A DNA stretch of 64,000 nt. It comes from Bacteroidia bacterium. GTDB lineage: Bacteria; Bacteroidota; Bacteroidia; B-17B0; Aurantibacillaceae. Position numbers and translations under genes: made by a program. The DNA is taken from positions 769-64,768 of the forward strand of contig JAEUTQ010000015.1 in the NCBI GenBank assembly GCA_016787445.1. The letters are read 5' to 3'. The notes under the pieces were generated by a model. It had not been told where the DNA came from and did not search any database. It was given only the letters and a program-made list of their open reading frames with translations. Positions 56,913-64,000 of this stretch are shown here, in pieces (the first letter of the stretch is position 1; every line of letters starts with the position of its first letter).

Positions 56913-57752
56913 TTACAAATAAAAACCAACTCCAAATCTAATCGCAAATTGGCGCAACAAGTACTTCGAATGCGCTTTCTTCTCTCCAAACACATTCACA
57001 TAATCTGTCCGGTTATTGTAAAACACTAAATCAGTAAATGTTTTAGAGTAAATTGGATTAAACACAATAAATGCTTTATCACTTATCGCCGTTTTAACAC
57101 CAAATCCAAGGGTATAGGCAAAATTGGCTTTACTAGTTCCGATATCTTTTGATGAATTGTAGTAATAACTTTGGAAGCCATAATACGGTTCTTCTTCAAT
57201 TAACAAATAAACATTATCAAATGTATTATGAGGATAAGCACCCTTCGTTTCAAAAGTGCCCTTTTGCTTTAATTTTGCACTAACCACAAAATCCATTCTT
57301 ATTCCCGCATCCACGAAAAATTGAGTTTTACTGTTTATATTTCCTTGCACTCTCAATTGCAAAGGAATCTCACACATATGAACTATACGCGTGTCTGTAT
57401 AATTAGCTTCAGAAACAGCATAATACATGTAACCATCTTTATCTTCCTTGATTGAAGTACTCCAAAAAGAACCACGATAATCAGTAATGTTTTTGTACCC
57501 TGAATATTCAACACCTAAAACAAATCCAAAATTTTTATTAAAATATTTCGAATAGTTAAAACCAAAATTTAAACGATTTGCTCCACGTGTGTTAGCATAT
57601 TGATCTTGCTTTATGTTATCATTCAAAATATCTGTAATTGAAGGTCCAACAAACAAAGAAAATTCTTTATCCTTAAACGAATCACTATCTTGTGCAAAAA
57701 ACGAGAAGCTTAAAAAAAGTAAGCCGGCGAGAATGCTGTTTTTAGTAGACAT
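56913..57752 (-). CDS. Outer-membrane beta-barrel (porin-family) protein
   Basis: 279 aa with a signal peptide. Alternating aromatic/hydrophobic strands and a terminal FAIRFGVGFYL. Confidence 0.5.
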   Translation of the reverse strand: MSTKNSILAGLLFLSFSFFAQDSDSFKDKEFSLFVGPSITDILNDNIKQDQYANTRGANRLNFGFNYSKYFNKNFGFVLGVEYSGYKNITDYRGSFWSTSIKEDKDGYMYYAVSEANYTDTRIVHMCEIPLQLRVQGNINSKTQFFVDAGIRMDFVVSAKLKQKGTFETKGAYPHNTFDNVYLLIEEEPYYGFQSYYYNSSKDIGTSKANFAYTLGFGVKTAISDKAFIVFNPIYSKTFTDLVFYNNRTDYVNVFGEKKAHSKYLLRQFAIRFGVGFYL

Positions 57753-57789
57753 ATTTCAATTTTTTAACAAATATAAAATATTTTATATA

Positions 57790-58248
57790 ATGTTATTTAT
57801 TGCTTCCGGAAGCTATTCACAACCCGATAAAATCAAAATAAAAAAAGAAGACTATTCAATTTACTTTTTTAATTCAGGCAAGAAAACAGACACCATTCAA
57901 AACACCAACAACATATTTGTTTTGAAACTTGGCGTATCACGTCGCTGCAATACTTTTATTGAAATTGAAAACGGTAAATTGATTGAAACAGAAAACGACA
58001 GTCTTTTTAAATTGATGTATATGCCGGGCATGAATTACCGTCATCTTTATAGGGATACTGTTGTGACAGAATTACCGGCAAAAAGTGCCATGGCCCCGGC
58101 CAAAACCAGAATATACCAAAAGTGTGGTTTGTTTACGACGCAAGTGAATGGTTCAAGTGGTAATGCGCAAAACCGAACCATCAGCATCAAATTCAAAAGC
58201 TTTCAAAACGATACAATTTACCTTAGTAATAAGTACTATTTTAAGTAG
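57790..58248 (+). CDS. Hypothetical protein (start uncertain)
   Basis: The track ORF starts at 57613 and overlaps the divergent porin gene. The first non-overlapping ATG is 57790. The signal-peptide-like stretch KYKIFYIMLFIASGSYSQ extends upstream of that ATG. Confidence 0.35.
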   Translation: MLFIASGSYSQPDKIKIKKEDYSIYFFNSGKKTDTIQNTNNIFVLKLGVSRRCNTFIEIENGKLIETENDSLFKLMYMPGMNYRHLYRDTVVTELPAKSAMAPAKTRIYQKCGLFTTQVNGSSGNAQNRTISIKFKSFQNDTIYLSNKYYFK

Positions 58249-58280
58249 TATTTTTCTGTTATATTTAGCAAAACAATTTT

Positions 58281-59921
58281 ATGAGCACAGCAACAGGAAA
58301 ACATCCAAAAGGACTACCCTATTTGTTCTTTACCGAAATGTGGGAGCGTTTTGGCTATTACCTCATGATAGGCATTTTTGTTTTATACATGACCGATCTT
58401 CCCGGCAAAGGAGGATTGGGATTAGATAACTCTGATGCCGCAGATATATTCGGAACCTTTATTGCCTTCGTGTATTTAACGCCTTTTATGGGTGGCTTAC
58501 TCGCCGATTTAAAATTAGGTTACCGTTTCTCCATTACATTAGGTGGGATTTTAATGGGAATTGGTTATTGTATGCTCGCTATTCCCGAAAAATGGGCTTT
58601 TTATGCTTCCCTCGGAACAATGATTGTCGGCAATGGATTTTTTAAACCAAACATTTCTACTCTTCTTGGGAATTTATATAACGATCCTCAATACAAAGCC
58701 AACAAAGATTTTGGATTCAATATCTTTTACATGGGCATCAACATTGGTGCCTTCGTTTGCAATTTCATTGCAGCTTTTATGCGTCATAATTTCGGTTGGG
58801 GCTTTGCCTTTGTTTCAGCGGGCATCGGTATGTTCATTGGCGTAATTATTTTTTGGTTAGGCAGTAAACATTATGCACATGCCGATGTACGTAAAGAACC
58901 TAAACCGGAAGATAAACCATTACTCATGCGCTTCGCGATGTTATTAGGCGTTGCTTTAGTCTTAGGAATCATCGGATGGATTATTCCTGGCAATATAATG
59001 GGAAGCGATAGTACGGATGCCTTCTTCTTCGGATGTATACCGGTAATTATATTTTATTCCGGAATTTACAAGCAGGCCACTGCAGAGGAAAAGGTTCCTC
59101 TTGGCACCATGTTTACCATTTTCGTGATTGTTATTTTATTCTGGACCGTCTTCAAACAAAACGGTACAGCCCTTACCACCTACGCCGAGCATTATACCGA
59201 TCGCGAAATGCCTACTTACATGGTTGGAGTATCCGATAAACTCCACATGATTGAGAAAAAGAAAGCGGCGAACGATAGCGTGTATCAATTGGATGAGCAG
59301 TTCAGAAAAATTAAAGATGAAAATGGCAAAGCGCAATTGTGTTATGATTATCCAACCTATTTTAAAAACCTTCCTCCCGAAAAATATCCTAAAGAAGGAG
59401 AATCCCTGAACCTAATCTCAACAGAATTATTCCAATCCATTAACCCGTTTTTTGTTGTGGCATTAACTCCACTCGTTGTTGCCTTCTTTGTCTATTTACG
59501 TAAACGCGGTAAGGAACCAACTACTGCAACAAAAATCGCCTACGGTTTATTGATCAGTGCGCTTTCTACTTTAGTAATGGTTTTCGCAGTATACCAAAGT
59601 GATAATGGTATGCATAAAGCCAGTGCCTGGTGGCTCATTGCCAGTTACGGCGTCATAACTATAGGAGAATTGTGTTTAAGCCCGATGGGATTATCCATGG
59701 TGTCAAAACTTTCTCCGCCTCGCTTTACTGCTTTAATGATGGGAGGATGGAGTTTAGCAACATCTATTGGAAATAAATTAAGTGGTGTGATGGGAAAGAA
59801 TTGGGATAAGTTTGATAACAAAGCCAATTATTTCTATTTGAATTTTTTCTTATTAATGTTCGCGACAATAATATTATTTGTGTTATTGAAACGATTAAAT
59901 AAAGCTTTTAAAGAAAACTAA
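58281..59921 (+). CDS. Proton-dependent oligopeptide transporter (POT/PTR2 family MFS)
   Basis: 546 aa. HPKGLPYLFFTEMWERFGYY, GGLLAD, NGFFKPNISTLLG. Confidence 0.9.
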   Translation: MSTATGKHPKGLPYLFFTEMWERFGYYLMIGIFVLYMTDLPGKGGLGLDNSDAADIFGTFIAFVYLTPFMGGLLADLKLGYRFSITLGGILMGIGYCMLAIPEKWAFYASLGTMIVGNGFFKPNISTLLGNLYNDPQYKANKDFGFNIFYMGINIGAFVCNFIAAFMRHNFGWGFAFVSAGIGMFIGVIIFWLGSKHYAHADVRKEPKPEDKPLLMRFAMLLGVALVLGIIGWIIPGNIMGSDSTDAFFFGCIPVIIFYSGIYKQATAEEKVPLGTMFTIFVIVILFWTVFKQNGTALTTYAEHYTDREMPTYMVGVSDKLHMIEKKKAANDSVYQLDEQFRKIKDENGKAQLCYDYPTYFKNLPPEKYPKEGESLNLISTELFQSINPFFVVALTPLVVAFFVYLRKRGKEPTTATKIAYGLLISALSTLVMVFAVYQSDNGMHKASAWWLIASYGVITIGELCLSPMGLSMVSKLSPPRFTALMMGGWSLATSIGNKLSGVMGKNWDKFDNKANYFYLNFFLLMFATIILFVLLKRLNKAFKEN

Positions 59922-59922
59922 A

Positions 59923-60405
59923 ATGCTCCTCAGTTCGATAGTTGCTACAGGCTTAAATAATGAAATTGGCAAAGACAATAAACTGCTTTGGCATTTGCCG
60001 GCAGATTTAAAGTTTTTCAAATCCACAACCATGGGTAGTCCGATTATTATGGGCCGTAAAACGTTTGAATCTATCGGTCGTGTTTTACCCGGACGAAAAA
60101 ACATTATCATTTCGCGTAATACAGAATTAAAAATTGAAGGAGCTGAAGTGTTTGCCTCCTTTGAAGAAATGATAAAAAACTGCGATGTTGAAAAAGCTTT
60201 TATCATTGGCGGTGCCGAAATTTACAAACTCAGCATGCCCTTTGTAAATGAAATTTACCGCACCCTGGTAAAATCAAACTTCGATGCAGATACTTTTTTT
60301 CCGGAGATAAAACCGAATGAATTTGAATTGGTATGGGAAGAAGAACATTTCAAAGATGAAAAAAACAATTTCGATTACACCTACCAGAAATTTGTAAGAA
60401 AGTAA
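59923..60405 (+). CDS. folA: Dihydrofolate reductase
   Basis: 160 aa. IVATGLNNEIGKDNKLLWHLPADLKFFKSTTMGSPIIMGRKTFESIGRVLPGRKNIIISR. Confidence 0.9.
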   Translation: MLLSSIVATGLNNEIGKDNKLLWHLPADLKFFKSTTMGSPIIMGRKTFESIGRVLPGRKNIIISRNTELKIEGAEVFASFEEMIKNCDVEKAFIIGGAEIYKLSMPFVNEIYRTLVKSNFDADTFFPEIKPNEFELVWEEEHFKDEKNNFDYTYQKFVRK

Positions 60406-61095
60406 TCAGAACTCGAATTTGTAACCGATTCCCTTCACGGTTTTAATGTATTCTTCGCCCAGCTTCTCACGTAACTTACGAATATGAACATCGATGGTTC
60501 TGTCGCCTACCACAACATCATCACCCCAAACTGTATCTAATATAACTTCTCGTTTAAATACTTTTCCAGGCTTGCTGCTTAATAGTAACAACAGTGCAAA
60601 TTCTTTACGGGGTAAATCAATCACATCACCATTCTTATAAACTCGGTGCTGCTCTGTATCTATTTTAATAGCTCCCAAATCAACCACAGTTGCAACAACC
60701 GGCGTGTCGTTTTTATAACGTCTTAACAATGCTTTCACTCTGCTAATAAAAACGCGCGGTTTTATTGGCTTCGTAATGAAATCATCAGCACCAACTTCAA
60801 ATCCTGTGATTTGTGTATACTCTTCGTTGCGTGCAGTTAAAAATGTAATGATTGTATTTTTTAGATCCGGAATTTCCTTTAATTGTCGGCATGTTTCAAC
60901 ACCATCCATTTCCGGCATCATAATATCCAATACAATTAGATGCGGCTTTTTCTCTTTGGCTATTGCCAATCCTTCTGCTCCATTGTTAGCAGTATAAACC
61001 GTGTAGCCTTCTTTTTTTAAATTATAGGAGAGGAAATCAAGAATATCCGGCTCATCATCTACTAATAAAATGGTATGATTAACCGAATCACTCAT
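60406..61095 (-). CDS. OmpR/PhoB-family response regulator (no adjacent histidine kinase)
   Basis: 229 aa. The receiver domain has DDEPDI..DIMMPEMDG..TAR. The winged-helix output domain has LPRKEFALLLLLSS..DRTIDVHIRKLREKL..IKTVKGIGYKF. Confidence 0.9.
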   Translation of the reverse strand: MSDSVNHTILLVDDEPDILDFLSYNLKKEGYTVYTANNGAEGLAIAKEKKPHLIVLDIMMPEMDGVETCRQLKEIPDLKNTIITFLTARNEEYTQITGFEVGADDFITKPIKPRVFISRVKALLRRYKNDTPVVATVVDLGAIKIDTEQHRVYKNGDVIDLPRKEFALLLLLSSKPGKVFKREVILDTVWGDDVVVGDRTIDVHIRKLREKLGEEYIKTVKGIGYKFEF

Positions 61096-61096
61096 A

Positions 61097-61813
61097 TTAA
61101 ATTAAATCAAATAATAATTCTACACCCGGGTATCTATTCACTGTAAATCCTTCAGCATAACGCGCGCCGATGGCTCTGCCCCAAATTACATTCTTGGATT
61201 TAATCGCCTCCAAAAATTCTGGACCGGAAATTGGCGTAACGGGTTCTTTAGATTTTGGATTATAAAACTGTGAAGAGAAAGCCATGATAGCTTCCATTTT
61301 CTTATCCATAAAATCGGTAATATCAATTACGAAATCAGGGTGAATGAAATTATCCTGAATGTAATGATAAACAGCTTTTGGTCGCCAGCAATCCTGCTTC
61401 TTTCCTTTGTAAGTGGTAGACACTTTTATTAGACCGCTATAAAAACATGCATCGGCTACTAATTTAGCGGCACGTCCATGATCAGGATGACGGTCGCTGA
61501 TTGCATTGCATAAAACGATTTCAGGTTTATAGAGACGGATTTTTTCGATTATCTTTTTCTGTGTTTTTTCATCATTGGCAAAAAAACCATCCGACAAATT
61601 CATTTGATCGCGAAAAGAAACACCCATGAGTTTAGCTGCCTTCATAGCTTCCTTGGTTCGGATTTGTGCGTTACCGCGTGTACCCAATTCGCCGCGAGTA
61701 AGATCAAGGATTCCTACCTTCTTTCCCTCGGCAATGTGCTTTAAAACGGTTCCGCTGCACGACAATTCAACATCATCAGGATGCACACCTATAGCTAAAA
61801 TGTCGATTTTCAT
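61097..61813 (-). CDS. bshB1: Bacillithiol biosynthesis deacetylase BshB1 (PIG-L/LmbE family)
   Basis: 238 aa. ILAIGVHPDDVELSCSGT..DLTRGELGTRG..HPDHG. Confidence 0.8.
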   Translation of the reverse strand: MKIDILAIGVHPDDVELSCSGTVLKHIAEGKKVGILDLTRGELGTRGNAQIRTKEAMKAAKLMGVSFRDQMNLSDGFFANDEKTQKKIIEKIRLYKPEIVLCNAISDRHPDHGRAAKLVADACFYSGLIKVSTTYKGKKQDCWRPKAVYHYIQDNFIHPDFVIDITDFMDKKMEAIMAFSSQFYNPKSKEPVTPISGPEFLEAIKSKNVIWGRAIGARYAEGFTVNRYPGVELLFDLI

Positions 61814-61822
61814 AGAAAAATG

Positions 61823-61844
61823 AATTCGTACGAATATACGAATT
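61823..61844. promoter_or_regulatory. Clustered TACGAAT/ATTCGTA half-sites immediately upstream of bshB1 (candidate operator)
   Basis: aattcgta-cgaata-tacgaatt. A 12-bp perfect palindrome attcgtacgaat (61824-61835) is followed by a direct repeat of tacgaat (61837-61843), 10-31 nt upstream of the bshB1 ATG. Confidence 0.3.
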
Positions 61845-61845
61845 T

Positions 61846-61885
61846 AACAAAAACAAAAATGCCCGATTTAGATAAACCGGGCATT
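61846..61885 (-). terminator. Rho-independent terminator of the peroxidase gene
   Basis: On the minus strand, aatgcccgg-tttatctaaa-tcgggcatt is followed by tttgttttt. Confidence 0.65.
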
Positions 61886-61909
61886 AGAATAGTCTAATAA
61901 AGTGAGCGA

Positions 61910-62476
61910 TTACTTCTTCCCTTCTATCCAGTTAACGATTTTATTACAATCCGGTTTTCTTGCCGGCGATACACTATCAATTAAGTGTCCTTCTTCGTCA
62001 ATCATATACTTCTGAAAATTCCATTTTACCGAACTGTTCATCACCCCATTTTTCTCCTTTTGTGTTAACCATTTATACAGCTCGAACATATCGTCGCCTT
62101 TTACCGAAACTTTTTCCATCATAGGAAAAGTAACCCCATAGTTTTTAGTACAAAAAGATTTAATCTCAGAATTTGAACCCGGTTCCTGACTTCCAAAATT
62201 ATTGGCAGGAAAACCAATGATGGTAAAATTTTTATTCTTGTACTTTTCATAAACCTCCTGCAATTGTTTGTATTGAGGCGTTAAACCGCATTCGCTGGCA
62301 GTATTCACAATTAGGATTTTCTTTCCCTTTAAGGAGGCAAAATCCAATTCGGCTCCATCAATGGTTTTAACTTTAAAACCATAAATAGTTGGCTTAGGGC
62401 CGTTATCCTTTTTAAATTTAAATGCAAAACCAAACAGCATAAGCGTGGCAATTAAGAGTATATTTTTTGTTTTCAT
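61910..62476 (-). CDS. Glutathione peroxidase family protein (Cys type)
   Basis: NTASECGLTPQYKQLQEVYEKY..IIGFPANNFGSQEPG..WNFQKY. The active-site codon is TGC, not TGA. The likely start is MKTKNILL at 62476. Confidence 0.85.
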   Translation of the reverse strand: MKTKNILLIATLMLFGFAFKFKKDNGPKPTIYGFKVKTIDGAELDFASLKGKKILIVNTASECGLTPQYKQLQEVYEKYKNKNFTIIGFPANNFGSQEPGSNSEIKSFCTKNYGVTFPMMEKVSVKGDDMFELYKWLTQKEKNGVMNSSVKWNFQKYMIDEEGHLIDSVSPARKPDCNKIVNWIEGKK

Positions 62477-62528
62477 GGTGGTATAACAATTCAAATATGA
62501 TTATGTTTACACAAAGTTAAAATATAAT

Positions 62529-62963
62529 ATGAGCATTTGGCATAACACTCCCACTTTAACTGAAATTAACGCCCTAAACGAAGGCACCTTAGGCGAACAC
62601 ATGAGTATTACTTTTACTGAAATTGGTGAAGATTACATCAAGGCTTGCATGCCGGTTGACAACCGCACCAAACAACCTTTTGGGATTTTGCACGGAGGTG
62701 CCTCTGTAGCTCTGGCAGAAACCATTGGCAGTGTAGCCACCTGGTGTGTAGTTAAACGTGATCTCTTTATTGGAGTTGGGATTGAGATTAATGCCAATCA
62801 TCTTAAGCCGGTAAAAAGCGGGATAGTAACCGGAATTTGTAAACCCATTCATGTAAGTGGAATAAATCATGTTTGGGATATTCGAATCTATAACGAACAA
62901 AACGAATTATGTTGTGTATGCCGATTTACATGCACTGTTGTAATAAAAAACCGAATTATCTAA
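62529..62963 (+). CDS. PaaI/YbdB-type hotdog-fold thioesterase
   Basis: 144 aa. LGEHMSITFTEIGEDYIKACMPVDNRTKQPFGILHGGASVALAETIGS. Confidence 0.8.
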   Translation: MSIWHNTPTLTEINALNEGTLGEHMSITFTEIGEDYIKACMPVDNRTKQPFGILHGGASVALAETIGSVATWCVVKRDLFIGVGIEINANHLKPVKSGIVTGICKPIHVSGINHVWDIRIYNEQNELCCVCRFTCTVVIKNRII

Positions 62964-64000
62964 CGAGAAACTCTTCAACTGCAGAATAAATCTCAGCCAA
63001 TTCTTTATCCGTAATACAATACGGTGGAATCAAATAAAATACATTACCAAGAGGGCGTAACAAAACACCTTTACTTAAAAAGTAAGAAGTGATTTTTTCA
63101 GAAACATTATTTAAATAATGAGTGTGTTCTTCCGTATTCAATTCAAAGGCCAGTATAGTTCCGCATTGCCTTACAACTTTGATCTTATCATTCGATTTAA
63201 TCTTTGATAAGAAACCGGCATGTAATTGTGCTATACGTTTTATACTATCAAAAGTCTCCTCCTTCTCCATTAAGTCTAAGCTCGCTAAGGCAGCCGAACA
63301 AGCAGTTGGATTAGCCGTGTAACTATGTCCGTGAAAAAACGTTTTTGTTTTATCCTCGGAAATAAATCCTTTATAAATAAACTCCGCGCATGAAGTAACA
63401 CCTAAAGGCATGTAACCTCCGGTTAAACCTTTAGATAAACATATAATGTCGGGTTTGTTTTGTAAATAATCACTCGCGAAAAACTTTCCTGTTCTTCCAA
63501 AGCCGGTCATTACTTCATCTGCAATGGTGATTACTTTATTTAATTTACATAAGGCTAAAAGGCGATCGAGATATTGCGCTTCATACATAACCATTCCTGC
63601 AGCACCCTGAACCAATGGCTCAAATATAAACGCGGCTACAGAATGATTCTGAAAAAGTGTGGTGAGTTGTCGCTCAATGTTAATTATATTTTCCTCATTC
63701 GGAATCGGAACATGCACTACATCAAATAATAATTTCTCGAAGGCGTTATTAAAGACATTTCTTTCTCCCACACTCATACCTCCAAATGTATCGCCATGAT
63801 AAGCGTTTTCAAAAGCGATAAACAAAGGCTTTTCTTCACCTTGATTATTCCAGAATTGAAGTGCCATTTTGAGCGCCACCTCAACAGCTGTTGAACCGTT
63901 ATCAGAATAAAATATTTTATTTTGATTAGCAGGAAGTTGCTTTAATAAGCGTTCAGCCAAATCAACAGCCGGCTTATGCGTAAATCCACTGAACATCACA
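62956..64000 (-). CDS. bioA: Adenosylmethionine-8-amino-7-oxononanoate aminotransferase, C-terminal about 348 codons (5' end beyond the window)
   Basis: FSGFTHKPAVDLAERL, YSDNGSTAVEVALKMA, ADEVMTGFGRTGK, LSKGLTGGYMPLG. The frame is open to the window edge. Confidence 0.8.
   Translation of the reverse strand, partial: VMFSGFTHKPAVDLAERLLKQLPANQNKIFYSDNGSTAVEVALKMALQFWNNQGEEKPLFIAFENAYHGDTFGGMSVGERNVFNNAFEKLLFDVVHVPIPNEENIINIERQLTTLFQNHSVAAFIFEPLVQGAAGMVMYEAQYLDRLLALCKLNKVITIADEVMTGFGRTGKFFASDYLQNKPDIICLSKGLTGGYMPLGVTSCAEFIYKGFISEDKTKTFFHGHSYTANPTACSAALASLDLMEKEETFDSIKRIAQLHAGFLSKIKSNDKIKVVRQCGTILAFELNTEEHTHYLNNVSEKITSYFLSKGVLLRPLGNVFYLIPPYCITDKELAEIYSAVEEFLVR

Noticed and set aside
57613-57789. 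The full 211-aa track ORF as a gene overlapping the porin gene by 140 nt
   Set aside because: The first 40 residues are the reverse frame of the porin N-terminus with no motif of their own. A shorter gene starting near 57733-57790 explains the data better.
61910-62476. Selenocysteine recoding in the glutathione peroxidase
   Set aside because: The active-site codon reads TGC (Cys) on the coding strand. There is no in-frame TGA.

Overview
This is a 64-kb AT-rich chromosomal segment, almost certainly from a Bacteroidota genome. The evidence is six ORFs ending in type IX secretion (T9SS) C-terminal sorting domains, a PorP/SprF gene, an LpxC-FabZ fusion and bshB1. It holds about 55 protein genes and one tRNA (initiator-type tRNA-Met). 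There is no rRNA, CRISPR, transposase or integrase.

Left third (0.6-21 kb): T9SS cargo genes interleaved with housekeeping genes. The cargo genes are a CotH/LTD protein with its PorP/SprF partner, a PHB-depolymerase-family esterase, a 1016-aa peptidoglycan amidase with CUB-like and LamG-like modules, and SBBP-repeat and BNR/Asp-box propeller proteins. The housekeeping genes are dnaN, AMP nucleosidase, a MeaB-like GTPase and MlaEFD.

Middle: a 1.2-kb gene-poor island packed with several families of palindromic repeats (21.2-22.4 kb). It is followed by a thioester-containing alpha-2-macroglobulin (1475 aa) downstream of a TMTC-like GT-C/TPR membrane protein, a sortilin-like BNR protein, class II ribonucleotide reductase and era. 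Next come the tRNA, followed by a 171-bp tandem repeat that re-copies the tRNA 3' end, then LemA-TPM-TPM and uvrB.

Right third: an eight-gene tightly packed surface-polysaccharide operon led by murB (40.7-49.8 kb), divergent from a GT-lpxD-lpxC/fabZ-lpxA-ABC cluster. After that come tatA, a POT peptide transporter, folA, a bshB1-response regulator pair, glutathione peroxidase, a PaaI thioesterase and the 3' part of bioA.

I see no classical defence, toxin-antitoxin or mobile system. The most unusual items are:
- the repeat island;
- the tRNA-3'-end tandem repeat;
- the TMTC-like/A2M pair;
- a small TM ORF coupled to tatA;
- two conserved genes (era and an acyltransferase) whose conserved N-termini lie upstream of any ATG/GTG/TTG.

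All calls come from reading the supplied translations and the DNA by eye. No database search, HMM or folding program was run, so family names are recognition-level assignments.
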